Below the pieces are notes generated by a model, which was not told the DNA's origin, did not search any database, and saw nothing but the letters and a program-made list of their open reading frames with translations. A DNA stretch of 32,000 nt, taken from an uncultured Rhodospirillales bacterium (lineage in GTDB: Bacteria > Pseudomonadota > Alphaproteobacteria > Acetobacterales > Acetobacteraceae). Below, piece by piece: positions 1-9,290 of this stretch (position 1 is its first letter; each line of letters starts with the position of its first letter). Location of the stretch: the NCBI GenBank assembly GCA_903928895.1, contig CAIYSR010000117.1, positions 1 through 32,000 on the forward strand, written 5' to 3'. The translations under genes were made by a program, and so were the position numbers.

Positions 1-104
1 AGCACCGCCTGGTCTGGACGCGGTCGGGCATCTTCGCTGGCGATCTGGGCATCGATCGCGGCATGACGGGTTTTGAGGCTCTCGATCCGGCCTTCGTAGC
101 TCAT
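1..104 (-). CDS. DUF465 (YdcH-like) small protein; only the 5-prime part is present because the gene runs off the left edge
   Basis: ATG at 104..102 is preceded by GGAGGA with a 6-nt spacer. The reverse translation MSYEGRIESLKTRHAAIDAQIASEDARPRPDQAV fits the DUF465 pattern and resembles the divergent ORF at 273..476. It is truncated, so it is absent from the ORF track. Confidence 0.6.
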   Translation of the reverse strand, partial: MSYEGRIESLKTRHAAIDAQIASEDARPRPDQAV

Positions 105-272
105 ACGCAGTCCTCCGTTGCCAATTGCGCATCCGGCGGCGCCAAGCTCTCGCATCCAGTCTCGCATGCGGAGCATGTCACCCGTTTGCAAAGAAATCGT
201 AATACGATCGCCAGGGGAAAAGCCATGCGAAACAGCACTGCCTCCCGCGTTGTGACGTGGTAGAGACCTGTC

Positions 273-476
273 ATGCTCAATGATCGTGATGCCATCCTGC
301 GCAAGCTGCACGAGTTGCGAAGCGAGCACCGGGACCTCGACACCGTGATCGTCCGCCTCATCGAGGCCGGGCCGGTGGACCAGTTGCAGTTGCAACGCCT
401 GAAGAAGCGCAAGCTCCTGCTGAAGGACGAGGTCGCCCGGCTCGAATCACGGCTCATTCCCGACAGCATCGCATGA
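273..476 (+). CDS. DUF465 (YdcH-like) small protein
   Basis: 67 aa. The motif LRSEHRDLD...[22 protein letters not shown] is typical of DUF465. The stop overlaps the purE start as ATGA. Confidence 0.85.
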   Translation: MLNDRDAILRKLHELRSEHRDLDTVIVRLIEAGPVDQLQLQRLKKRKLLLKDEVARLESRLIPDSIA

Positions 477-976
477 ACGACCAGCTTCCCCTGGTGGGGA
501 TCATCATGGGCAGCCAGTCCGACTGGCCAACCATGACGCATACCGCCGCCGTGCTTGAGCGGCTGGGCGTGGCGCATGAGCGCCGCATCGTTTCTGCCCA
601 TCGCACGCCGGACCGGCTGGCGGAGTATGCCAAGACGGCGCGCGGGCGCGGGCTGCGGGTGATCATTGCCGGGGCCGGCGGGGCGGCGCATCTGCCCGGG
701 ATGTGCGCGGCTTTCACCTCGCTGCCGGTGCTTGGGGTGCCAGTGGAAAGCCATGCTTTGAAGGGCATGGATTCACTGCTGTCGATCGTGCAGATGCCCG
801 CCGGAGTTCCGGTGGGAACGCTGGCCATCGGGCGGGCCGGCGCGGTCAACGCGGCACTGCTGGCCGCCGCCATCCTGGCCATCAGCGATCCGGCTCTCGC
901 CGAGCGGCTCGACGCGCTGCGGGCCGAGCAGACGGCGGCGGTGGCTGAAGCCCCGGTCGACCTGCCGGCACCATGA
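473..976 (+). CDS. purE: 5-(carboxyamino)imidazole ribonucleotide mutase
   Basis: 167 aa with [17 protein letters not shown] and [14 protein letters not shown] motifs. It shares an ATGA overlap with purK. Confidence 0.95.
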   Translation: MNDQLPLVGIIMGSQSDWPTMTHTAAVLERLGVAHERRIVSAHRTPDRLAEYAKTARGRGLRVIIAGAGGAAHLPGMCAAFTSLPVLGVPVESHALKGMDSLLSIVQMPAGVPVGTLAIGRAGAVNAALLAAAILAISDPALAERLDALRAEQTAAVAEAPVDLPAP

Positions 977-2133
977 GCGGGACCGTCTTTCCCCTGCCGC
1001 CGGATGCCACGATCGGGATCGTCGGCGGCGGGCAGTTGGGCCGCATGTCGGCGTTGGCTGCGGCGCGGCTGGGTTATCGCTGCCATATCCTGAGCCCGGA
1101 GGCAGACTGCCCGGCGGCACGCGTGTCGGCGGGCCATACGTGCGGCGACTACGAGGATCGCGCCGCATTGGAGGAATTCGCCTCGAAAGTCGATGTCATC
1201 ACCTTCGAGTTCGAGAATGTCAGCGCCGCGGGGCTCGAACTGTTGGCAGCGCGCAAGCCGGTGCGGCCCGGGGTCGCGATCCTGAGGATCAGCCAGGACC
1301 GGGTAGCCGAAAAAGCATTTCTCAACGGCATCGGCATCCCCACGGCGCCATGGCGCTTGGTGGAGTCGTTGGCGGAGTTGCAGGAGGCCTCCGATGCGGT
1401 CGGGCTGCCCGCCATCCTGAAGACGACACGGCTCGGCTATGACGGCAAGGGGCAGGCCATGCTGCGCAACGCCGGAGACCTCGGACCTGGGTTCAAGCGA
1501 TTGGTGCCCAAACCGCTGGTGCTCGAGGGGTTTGTCGACTTCTCATGTGAAATCAGCGTCCTCGTGGCGCGTGGAGCGGACGGGTCGATCGCATGTTTCG
1601 ATCCGGTCGAGAACCGCCACCGCGATCACATCCTCGATCTGACGCTCGCTCCGGCACGGATCCCGACGCCGACGGCAGCAACCGCGAAGCGTATTGCGCA
1701 TGATGTGGCGGAGGGGCTCGGGCTCGTTGGCCTGTTGGCGGTCGAGATGTTCGTGACCGCGGACAACCGCGTGCTGGTCAACGAGATCGCGCCCAGGCCG
1801 CATAATTCAGGGCACTGGACCATTGACGCCTGCCCGGCGAGCCAGTTCGAACTTCATATCCGCGCCGTGGCCGGGCTACCGCTGCCGGCCGCGCAGCGAC
1901 ATTCGGACGCGGTGATGAAGAACCTCGTCGGACCCGACGAAATCGGCATGTGGCCCAAGATTCTCGCCACCCCCGGGCTGATCCCGCACCACTACGGCAA
2001 GACCGAAGCGCGGCACGGCCGCAAGCTCGGCCATGTGACCCGCCTGTTCCCGCGCGATGCGCTGCCCGGACCTTTCGGCATTGCGGCGGCACTCGGGTCA
2101 CTCGCGCCGCCGGGGGATGGGAGCACATTGTAG
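973..2133 (+). CDS. purK: 5-(carboxyamino)imidazole ribonucleotide synthase (ATP-grasp)
   Basis: 386 aa with [39 protein letters not shown] and RKLGHV motifs. It lies directly downstream of purE. Confidence 0.95.
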   Translation: MSGTVFPLPPDATIGIVGGGQLGRMSALAAARLGYRCHILSPEADCPAARVSAGHTCGDYEDRAALEEFASKVDVITFEFENVSAAGLELLAARKPVRPGVAILRISQDRVAEKAFLNGIGIPTAPWRLVESLAELQEASDAVGLPAILKTTRLGYDGKGQAMLRNAGDLGPGFKRLVPKPLVLEGFVDFSCEISVLVARGADGSIACFDPVENRHRDHILDLTLAPARIPTPTAATAKRIAHDVAEGLGLVGLLAVEMFVTADNRVLVNEIAPRPHNSGHWTIDACPASQFELHIRAVAGLPLPAAQRHSDAVMKNLVGPDEIGMWPKILATPGLIPHHYGKTEARHGRKLGHVTRLFPRDALPGPFGIAAALGSLAPPGDGSTL

Positions 2134-2165
2134 ATAGCGCTCCTCCTCTCTTCAACCACGACGTC

Positions 2166-2717
2166 CTATTTGCTGCGGGCAACGGCGGCGACGCAGCGTT
2201 CGAAAACCGACAGGTCGCGCCAGCGGTCAACTTCTCCGGTGAAAATCGCGCCGCCGGCGGCGAGCATGGCCCCGTCGATCATCAGGTTGTCGGTCAAACC
2301 GAAATGCTCCAGCAGCATGCCATCGCGGTCGCGCCACTGGTCCACCCCGGAAGGCTCCGCGCCGAACGCGGCGCCGCTGCGGGTGAAGAAGTCAGCGGCA
2401 ACATTGCTCCAACCCCAGACCGGCCGCCCGAGGGCGCGCATGTAGCCGATCTCGAAAATCGTCCCAGCGTCGGCGCTTGGTCCGCGAAATGGGGTGAGGT
2501 TGGCGATCAGTACGTCACAGGCGCGGATATGTGCTTCATTGCAGAGAGCGATGAAGCGAGGAAGCGGCAGGGCCCGCCACGCGTCGGGCACGGCGTCGGG
2601 CGTATCTAGTGGGGAGACGCCGACCAGGCCGTGGCGGCTACAGACGGATTTGAGCGCGGCGGCACGCGCCAAAGGGTCCGGCAGGAAGACGTCGGGCCCC
2701 GCAAGATAGACGCGCAT
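2166..2717 (-). CDS. nucleoside 2-deoxyribosyltransferase family protein
   Basis: The ORF 2166..2822 is trimmed to the internal ATG at 2717 (MRVYLAGPDVF...). Motifs: LANLTPFRGPSADAGTIFEIGYMRALGRPV. The longer N-terminus would overlap the kinase gene. Confidence 0.8.
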   Translation of the reverse strand: MRVYLAGPDVFLPDPLARAAALKSVCSRHGLVGVSPLDTPDAVPDAWRALPLPRFIALCNEAHIRACDVLIANLTPFRGPSADAGTIFEIGYMRALGRPVWGWSNVAADFFTRSGAAFGAEPSGVDQWRDRDGMLLEHFGLTDNLMIDGAMLAAGGAIFTGEVDRWRDLSVFERCVAAVARSK

Positions 2718-2721
2718 AGAC

Positions 2722-4857
2722 TCAGCCCGCGCGCATGATGGCGCGCAATGCGGTCGCGCCCGTGTCGAGCGTGCCAGCTGCCCCCCCGGCGAGCCGTGCC
2801 GCGGCTTCAAAATCACCAGCATCGGCGGCGCGCATCAGGTCCCGCATGAGGTCCTCGAACTGGGCGAGGCCGTAGCTGCCGGCCATGCCGGCCAATGCGT
2901 GGGCGGCGGCGTGTACTGTGCCTGGGTTATCGGTCACCGCCCGCGCCAGGCCAGGCAGGCGTTCGATCATGTCGGCGATGCACTGTTCCATCAGGCGTGC
3001 GAACATGCCGGGCGCAAGCCCGTCGCGCAGGGCGGCGACACGGGCACCGTCGAGCACACCGGCGGCGGCGAGCCCAGCCGGCTCGACGCGGCCATGCTCG
3101 TGCAACCACGGCATGACGAAGCGGCGCAACATGGCGTTCAGATCGTCAGGCATCACTGGCTTGAGCAGCACGGCATCCATCGCCGCATCGATGCCCTCCT
3201 TGCGGTCGTCCGACGTACTGGTCCCCGTGAGCGCGACCACCGGCACCCGGCCGGCCGCCCCGGGCAGGCGGCGGATTCGCCGCGTGGTCTCGATGCCATC
3301 GATACCCGGCATATGAACGTCCATCAGGATCAGGTCATAAAGCCGTGTGCCGGCAAGCTCGAGGGCAACGAAGCCGTTCTCGGCGAGGTCGACGCGATGG
3401 CCGTCACGACGGAGCAGGGCGGCGGTCAGCTCACGGTTCGAGGCGACGTCCTCGACGAGTAGGATCGACGAGCGGCGGGTGCGGCGGCGAGCGACGGACG
3501 CGGGGCAGAGCGCCGCCGAGCCATGCGCGAGATCGAGCGGGAGGGACAGCCAGAAGGCGTTGCCGCCCGCCTCGCGGGCAAGCCCCATTTCGCCGCCCAT
3601 CACGCTGGCGAGGCGGGCACAGATCGCGAGGCCGAGGCCGGTCCCCTTCTCGCGGCCCTGCTCGGCCTGCTCGAGCCGCGTGAACGGTTGGAACAGGGTG
3701 GCGGCCTGGGCCGGCGGGATGACCGGGCCCGGATCGGCGACGGTCAGCCGGAGGGTCCGCCCAGCAGCGGTTGCGCGGACCGCCAACACGCCCGGCGAAG
3801 CATATTTCACCGCGTTGCTGATCAGATTGGTCATAACCTGGCGGATCCGCCCCGCATCGCCATGCAGGGTGTCAGGCACACCGGCATCGATCACCGTCAG
3901 CAACATCAGCCCTTTCTCGGCGGCCGGCGCGCGGAACATCTCGCAGATCTCGCCGAGCAGGAGCGGCAGTTCGAAGTCGGTCGTGCGCAGCACGAGGCGG
4001 CCGGCGTCAAGACGGGAGAGGTCGAGAATATCCGTGACCAGATCGTGCAAGCCGCTGCCTGCCCGGCGCGCGGTCGCAACGAGGGCGCGGGCCTGGGGTG
4101 GCAACTGATCGTCGTCGAGCAGATTGAGGCTGTTCATCACCGCATCAAGTGGGACGCGCAGTTCGTGGCTGACGATGGTAACGAACTGCTGACGTTGGCG
4201 CACGGCCTCGGCGGCGGAGGCGGCAGCGGCACGCTCGGCGGCCTCCGCCTGCTTGCGGGCGGTGATATCGGTGTAGAGGGTCACGAAGCCACCATTGGGC
4301 AGGGTGGTGCGGCGGATCTCGATGACCCGGCCGTCGGGCCGGGTGCGCTCGGTTATGGCGAGATCACGAATAGTGCCGATGCGGATCAGCCGTTCGGCGA
4401 CAACGGCCTCGACCTCCGCGCTCCCGTTGAGTCGGCCGAATTCGCCGGCCTCGGCCTGGGCGCGCAGGATATCGGCCATCGGCGTGCCAACCGTCATAAC
4501 GTGCGCGGGCACCCCGACGAGTTCGGAGAAGCGCGCGTTCCACTGCACGAGGCGGGAGTCGGCGTCCAACATCATCACGCCGTCGGACATGCCCGCGAGC
4601 GTGGCGCGAAGCTGGTCCGCCTGGCCCTCGGCGCGCAACTTATCCGCTTCGAGCGCAGCACAGGAGGCTCGCAGGTCAGCGGTGTTCGCGCGCAGCGCCA
4701 CTTCGGAAGCGCGGCACCGGCGAAGCGCCCGCAGGGGGAACATCGCGCCCGCAACGAGGCCCAAAAGGCCAAATGCCAGCGCCAAAAGCGTTCCGTCCAC
4801 CCCGTCCTCGTGCCTGAAGATAACACGGTTATACCGGCCGCACGGCTCCAGCGCCAC
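2722..4857 (-). CDS. PAS-domain hybrid sensor histidine kinase / response regulator with C-terminal HPt
   Basis: 711 aa. It has an N-terminal TM segment, a coiled coil, a PAS-like region (GVMMLDADSRLVQWNARF), an H-box (VSHELRVPL), an HATPase region (GTGLGLAI), a REC domain (ILLVEDVASNRE...LMDVHMPGIDG...LLKPV) and an HPt (AAAHALAGMAGSYG). The start is GTG at 4857. Confidence 0.9.
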   Translation of the reverse strand: MALEPCGRYNRVIFRHEDGVDGTLLALAFGLLGLVAGAMFPLRALRRCRASEVALRANTADLRASCAALEADKLRAEGQADQLRATLAGMSDGVMMLDADSRLVQWNARFSELVGVPAHVMTVGTPMADILRAQAEAGEFGRLNGSAEVEAVVAERLIRIGTIRDLAITERTRPDGRVIEIRRTTLPNGGFVTLYTDITARKQAEAAERAAAASAAEAVRQRQQFVTIVSHELRVPLDAVMNSLNLLDDDQLPPQARALVATARRAGSGLHDLVTDILDLSRLDAGRLVLRTTDFELPLLLGEICEMFRAPAAEKGLMLLTVIDAGVPDTLHGDAGRIRQVMTNLISNAVKYASPGVLAVRATAAGRTLRLTVADPGPVIPPAQAATLFQPFTRLEQAEQGREKGTGLGLAICARLASVMGGEMGLAREAGGNAFWLSLPLDLAHGSAALCPASVARRRTRRSSILLVEDVASNRELTAALLRRDGHRVDLAENGFVALELAGTRLYDLILMDVHMPGIDGIETTRRIRRLPGAAGRVPVVALTGTSTSDDRKEGIDAAMDAVLLKPVMPDDLNAMLRRFVMPWLHEHGRVEPAGLAAAGVLDGARVAALRDGLAPGMFARLMEQCIADMIERLPGLARAVTDNPGTVHAAAHALAGMAGSYGLAQFEDLMRDLMRAADAGDFEAAARLAGGAAGTLDTGATALRAIMRAG

Positions 4858-4900
4858 GGCAAAGCGTCATCGCGATCAACACATTAAGAGGATTCGAGGA

Positions 4901-5587
4901 TCAGGCCGCGGCGGGCAGGTCGATCCATGACAAATGCCCCCCCTTCCCCGCCCCGGTATCGACGAACACCGCCCGTCCACCGGCCCGCCCGGCCGTGATC
5001 CAAGGACGGCCATCGGTGCTGCGGCAGTCATGCCCGCAATAAACCGTGAGGCCAGCCGGGATACGATCCACCCAGGCGAGGCTGCGTTCGGGAAAACCAT
5101 CGGCCTGTCGACGGCCGGTGGCTTCGCCATAGAGGGCGCGTCCGAGGACCCCCTCGGCGCGACCCAGAACAATGGACGGCGGCGGCTGGTCGAGCATCGC
5201 GGTATGGAAGCCGCCGTGAACGAAGAGCGCATCGTCACGGCGCAACCAGGCGGGTGCGCGAGTGATCTCGGCAAGCGCGCGCTCGGCCAGGTCGTCGTCC
5301 AGACGGTCAAGTGTGAGGGCAAGGGCGGGGCCGATCGCAACCTTTCCGCCGGACAGCGCGCGGGCCAGTTTGAAATCGTGGTTGCCGAGCACGAACAGCC
5401 CGCGCCTGGCGTCGATCAGGTCGAACATCAACTGGAGTACGCCGGCACTGTCGGGGCCGTGATCGACGAGGTCGCCGAGTTGGACGATGAAATGCTCGCC
5501 CGAGGCGGCGGCGCGGAAACCCGACAAATCGCCATGCACGTCGCCGACCACCCGGATCGGACGGTCGGACGGAATCGTCGTTCTCAC
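4901..5587 (-). CDS. metallophosphoesterase (ApaH/PrpE-like Ser/Thr phosphatase family)
   Basis: Motifs: VVGDVHGD, QLGDLVDHGPDS, LGNHD, VHGG. I place the start at GTG 5587, which forms a GTGA overlap with the upstream cfa stop. The track ORF extends to 5671 inside cfa. Confidence 0.8.
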   Translation of the reverse strand: MRTTIPSDRPIRVVGDVHGDLSGFRAAASGEHFIVQLGDLVDHGPDSAGVLQLMFDLIDARRGLFVLGNHDFKLARALSGGKVAIGPALALTLDRLDDDLAERALAEITRAPAWLRRDDALFVHGGFHTAMLDQPPPSIVLGRAEGVLGRALYGEATGRRQADGFPERSLAWVDRIPAGLTVYCGHDCRSTDGRPWITAGRAGGRAVFVDTGAGKGGHLSWIDLPAAA

Positions 5588-6891
5588 CGGTTGGGGGCGA
5601 TCAGGATTTGTCCAACGTCGGTCCACCCGGCGCGGAAACCGACCTCGCAATAGGCGAGGTAGTATTCCCACAACCGCTTGAAGCGATCATCGCAGGGCCG
5701 GCGGCGGACGGTGTTGTCCGCGATGATGCGGGGCCAGGCCCGCTGGAACGTTTCCTGCCAGCGCGCGAGGGTTTCGGCATAGTCCTGCCCGAACCAGTGT
5801 TCCTCGCCCCAGGCCAGCCCCGCCCGGCTGATGGTGGTGCGCAGCAGGCGCTTGGAAGGCAGCATGCCGCCGGGGAAGACGTGGCGCTGGATGAAGTCGG
5901 CGCCGCGGCGGTAGTTCTCGAAGAAGCGGTCGGCGATGGTTATGACCTGGATGCCCGCAATCCCGTTCTGCCGCAGCCGGGCACGGATGACCTTGAAGTA
6001 GATCGGCCAGTATTTCTCGCCCACGGCCTCGAACATCTCGATCGAGGCGATGCGGTCGAATGTACCCTCGACGTCGCGGTAGTCTTGCAGGCGCAATTCG
6101 ACCCGATCCGCCAGACCGGAAGCCTGCATCCGGGCGGTGGCGAAGTCGAGCTGCGCGGGCGACAGCGTCAGGCCGACGACATTGCAGCCATAGTCGCGGG
6201 CGGCCACCTCGGCAAAACCGCCCCAGCCGCAGCCGATCTCGAGCACGCGCATCCCGGGCGCAAGGCGCAGAAGCTGGCAGAGCCGGTGGATTTTCTGGAG
6301 CTGCGCCTTTTCCAGCGGCACTTCGAGGTTGTCGCCGAAAAACGCGGACGAATAGGTCATCGTCCGGTCGAGCCAACTCCGGTAGAAGTCGTTGCCAAGA
6401 TCGTAGTGCTCCTCGATGTTGCGTCTGGCGCCGCGCCTGCTGTTGGGGCGCAGGACGTGGAGCAGCTTGGCGACGACGCCCGCTATGCGACGTTTATAGA
6501 GGGCACCCTCCCATTCGGCCTCGTTGCGGGTCGCGAGCAGCATGACCGCACGCAGGTCAGGGCTCTCCCAGAGGTCGTCGAGATAGGCTTCCGAGAGGCC
6601 GAGCGTGCCGCCCGTGGCGAGCCGGGTGACGGCGCGCGGATGTTTGATGACGATCCGGGCAAAGGGCTCGGGCGAGGCGATGGCGCGATGGACCGAGCCG
6701 TCCGGCAGCACCATTTCGAGTGTGCCAATCCGCAGCTGCCGTGCCATGCGCAGGAGAAAACGAAGCCGGCGGTCGCGCGGCTGCGGGCCATCGTGCTCGA
6801 AGGAGACGTTTGGTGATTCCGGCTCGCGCACGAATGCGTCGGGCACGTCTGCGTCCCGCACATTTGTGTCTGGCACGTTTGTGTCTGGCAC
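5584..6891 (-). CDS. cfa: cyclopropane-fatty-acyl-phospholipid synthase-like SAM-dependent methyltransferase
   Basis: Motifs: HYDLGNDFY, VLEIGCGWGG (SAM motif I), IASIEMFEAVG, LWEYYLAYCE. The stop is firm and the start is uncertain. I chose GTG 6891 because GGGGAGG lies 9 nt upstream. Alternatives are GTG 6831 and ATG 6747. The track ORF extension to 7263 overlaps the photolyase gene and is rejected. Confidence 0.85.
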   Translation of the reverse strand: MPDTNVPDTNVRDADVPDAFVREPESPNVSFEHDGPQPRDRRLRFLLRMARQLRIGTLEMVLPDGSVHRAIASPEPFARIVIKHPRAVTRLATGGTLGLSEAYLDDLWESPDLRAVMLLATRNEAEWEGALYKRRIAGVVAKLLHVLRPNSRRGARRNIEEHYDLGNDFYRSWLDRTMTYSSAFFGDNLEVPLEKAQLQKIHRLCQLLRLAPGMRVLEIGCGWGGFAEVAARDYGCNVVGLTLSPAQLDFATARMQASGLADRVELRLQDYRDVEGTFDRIASIEMFEAVGEKYWPIYFKVIRARLRQNGIAGIQVITIADRFFENYRRGADFIQRHVFPGGMLPSKRLLRTTISRAGLAWGEEHWFGQDYAETLARWQETFQRAWPRIIADNTVRRRPCDDRFKRLWEYYLAYCEVGFRAGWTDVGQILIAPNR

Positions 6892-6897
6892 GTTCTC
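6838..6897. repeat. 4 tandem copies of a 15-bp unit (GTCTGGCACGTTTGT consensus)
   Basis: The units are gtcgggcacgtctgc / gtcccgcacatttgt / gtctggcacgtttgt / gtctggcacgttctc. The two central-right copies are near-identical. The array is in frame with cfa on the minus strand (NVPDT-like pentapeptides). Confidence 0.85.
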
Positions 6898-6940
6898 CGG
6901 CCTCCCCTGCTCTGGCGCGCGGTGGTTTATGACGGGAATG

Positions 6941-8353
6941 TTAATCACTGCCGGGGTTGGACTCCAAGCCCTTCGCCGAAACCGATGCGAAGGCGGCGAG
7001 CGCGCGGGCCCGGCCTGCGGCAAGGTCAACGATGGGGGCGGGGTAGAAACGGGGGCGGAGCATTGGCGGTGCCTCCCACGGACAATGCACCAGGGCATCC
7101 GGCAGGGCAGCCACCTCGGGCACATAAGCGCGGACATAGGCGCCGTCGGGGTCGAACTTCCGGCCCTGCAGGACCGGGTTGAACACACGGAAATAGGGGG
7201 CGGCATCGGCACCGCAGCCGGCGACCCACTGCCACGAGGCAGCGTTGGACGCGAGGTCGGCATCGACCAGAGTGTCCCAGAACCACGCCTGACCGTCCTG
7301 CCAGGGGAGCAGGAGGTGCTTCACCAGGAAACTCGCGACGATCATGCGCACCCTGTTGTGCATCCAGCCGGTGCGCCAGAGCTGGCGCATCCCGGCATCG
7401 ACGATGGGCACCCCGGTGCGTCCCTGCTGCCAGGCGCGCAGGGCGACGGGATCGGTGCGCCAGGGCATGGCGGCAAAATTTGCGCGGAGCGGGGCCTCGG
7501 GCAGCGACTGCCGGTGCCATAGCAGATGGGCCGCGAACTCGCGCCAGAGCAACTCGCTGCGGAATTTGGGATCGGCGGCGCGCCACGCCTGGCGCGGCGA
7601 GATTTCGCCGAACGCAAGCCAGGGGGAGAGCATTGAGGTGCCGTCCACGCCGGGGAGGTCGCGCCGTTGGGCATAGCCGCCAAGGCGAGATGCGACAAAC
7701 TCTCCAAAGCGTGCGATCGCGCCGGCCTCGCCGGGGCTCCAGGCCGCCCGCAGGCCGCCCGCCCAGTCCGGGCGGGTGGGGAGGAGGCGCAAGTCGTCGA
7801 GCCGGTCGGAGGCAACATGCATGCCCTCGATACGCGCCGGCGCCGGCTCTGGATCGGATATTTCACCGCTGGCGTGGCAAGCCTTCGCGAACGGCGTGAA
7901 AACCGTAAAAGCGCCGCCCGCCGTCGTGCGGATGGCATCGGGGCGATGCAGCAGAGTGGTGAGATGAACTTTGAGCGGGACTGTGAGGCGAGCTCGCACC
8001 GCACCCAGGGCGGCACGCGCCCAAGGTTCCGTGGGCAGGCCTGCATGCACCGCCACCGCGCCGGTCTCGGCGACCAGGGCCGGGACGGCATCCTCATAGC
8101 GGCCGCGCCGCAGGGTCAGCGCACCGCCGCGGGCGGCGAGATCGGCCGCGAGGGAGGCAAGGCTATAATGGAGCCACCAGCGCGACGCGCCGCCGGCGCT
8201 CCAAAGGCCAGGGGAGGTATCGTCCAACACGTAAACAACGATCACCGGCCGGCCGGTCGCCACGGCGGCAAGGATGGCAGAATTGTCGGCCAGACGCAGG
8301 TCGCGGCGCAACCAGACCAGCACCGGAGCGGCGGGAGGGGGGGAGAGGGGCAT
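6941..8353 (-). CDS. phrB: deoxyribodipyrimidine photolyase (CPD photolyase / cryptochrome family)
   Basis: 470 aa. Motifs: LVWLRRDLRLADN near the N-terminus, SMLSPWLAFGEISPRQ, TGVPIVDAGMRQLW.TGWMHNRVRMIVASFL, NAASWQWVAGCGADAAPYFRVFNP. Confidence 0.92.
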   Translation of the reverse strand: MPLSPPPAAPVLVWLRRDLRLADNSAILAAVATGRPVIVVYVLDDTSPGLWSAGGASRWWLHYSLASLAADLAARGGALTLRRGRYEDAVPALVAETGAVAVHAGLPTEPWARAALGAVRARLTVPLKVHLTTLLHRPDAIRTTAGGAFTVFTPFAKACHASGEISDPEPAPARIEGMHVASDRLDDLRLLPTRPDWAGGLRAAWSPGEAGAIARFGEFVASRLGGYAQRRDLPGVDGTSMLSPWLAFGEISPRQAWRAADPKFRSELLWREFAAHLLWHRQSLPEAPLRANFAAMPWRTDPVALRAWQQGRTGVPIVDAGMRQLWRTGWMHNRVRMIVASFLVKHLLLPWQDGQAWFWDTLVDADLASNAASWQWVAGCGADAAPYFRVFNPVLQGRKFDPDGAYVRAYVPEVAALPDALVHCPWEAPPMLRPRFYPAPIVDLAAGRARALAAFASVSAKGLESNPGSD

Positions 8354-8402
8354 TTCCCTCAGATGCGGTGCCGCCGCCGGTTTGAAAGGGCCTGGGCCTG
8401 CC

Positions 8403-9101
8403 TCAGCAGGTCAAGCGGCGGCGGCGCAGTATCATCGCGGCGAGGCCGGCCGCCATGAGCGCGAGCGAGCCGGGCTCTGGCACGTCGGTGCCGACCTGCA
8501 CGCTCCCGCTGCGGAAATTGAACGAGAGGCTTTCCGGACCGGAGCTCACCAGGCTGATATCACCGCGACTGACCGAGGTATCCATCTGGCCGCTGGTCAG
8601 GGAGAACGCCAGTGCCGGCGCCGCGCCGGGGGCTGCGGTGATGAAATCGGTGGTGGAGGAAACGAATTTCAGGGTCGAACCATCCATTCCGATATTGCTG
8701 ACCGGATCATCTGAAACAGCGGTGAATTGGTCGGTGGTGGCCACTGCGAGGGGGCCGTAGATCACGAACCCACCGACCAGCGGTGCTGCATTGCCATGGA
8801 ACGTCAGTGTATTGCCGCCGGCCACCGTCTCGGTGATCGTGATTGCACCGTTGTAGCATCCCTCACCCGGGATGATCGTGCAGGTGGTGCTGGAGAATGT
8901 CGCGGGATCGTAGCTGAACGTGCCGGTGATGGCGGTGCCGGACAGGTCAACAGCGCCGAGGCCAAAATAATTATAGGTGTCCACGCCGCCATCCATGGTG
9001 CCCGTGAAGGTTCCGTTGATGACCTGGGCGCGACCATCGGCGGTGCCGAGGGCGCAGAGGGTTGCGATGGTGACGGCGGCTAGGCGAGAAAATGGGCGCA
9101 T
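8403..9101 (-). CDS. PEP-CTERM sorting-domain secreted protein
   Basis: The start is set at ATG 9101 (MRPFSRLAAVTIATLCALG, signal-peptide-like), with AGGAG upstream. The C-terminus VPEPGSLALMAAGLAAMILRRRR is the PEP-CTERM motif followed by a TM segment and a basic tail. Confidence 0.8.
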   Translation of the reverse strand: MRPFSRLAAVTIATLCALGTADGRAQVINGTFTGTMDGGVDTYNYFGLGAVDLSGTAITGTFSYDPATFSSTTCTIIPGEGCYNGAITITETVAGGNTLTFHGNAAPLVGGFVIYGPLAVATTDQFTAVSDDPVSNIGMDGSTLKFVSSTTDFITAAPGAAPALAFSLTSGQMDTSVSRGDISLVSSGPESLSFNFRSGSVQVGTDVPEPGSLALMAAGLAAMILRRRRLTC

Positions 9102-9290
9102 GGGATGGCTCCTTGGGACGATCTCTCTCCGGGGATCACGGCCGTTCCCGAAGCAGTGCAATAATCATGCCGATAGAAAAAACGGCCTGATTTCAATCTC
9201 CCCTCTTGGGCCCTTCGGTCCCACTGTAAAATTTCCTGACAGCGCACCCCCGAAAGGACCGGGCATGCGCCCGATCTATCACGGCTCGCC

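Noticed and set aside
63-263. 66-aa plus-strand ORF at the left edge
   Set aside because: It overlaps the better-supported minus-strand DUF465 start and the divergent promoter spacer. It has no recognisable motif and no RBS.
5608-6816. 402-aa plus-strand ORF, and other long ORFs antisense or out of frame to cfa, phr and the kinase (for example 3523..4887, 7026..7586)
   Set aside because: The translations are Arg/Gly/Pro/Ala-rich and low-complexity, as is typical of off-frame reading in high-GC DNA. The opposite-strand frames have clear family motifs.
6871-6886. Sigma54-like -24/-12 pattern (TGGCACG-N4-TGTC) inside the 15-bp tandem repeat on the plus strand
   Set aside because: The -12 element does not match TTGC, and there is no plus-strand gene downstream to be driven.
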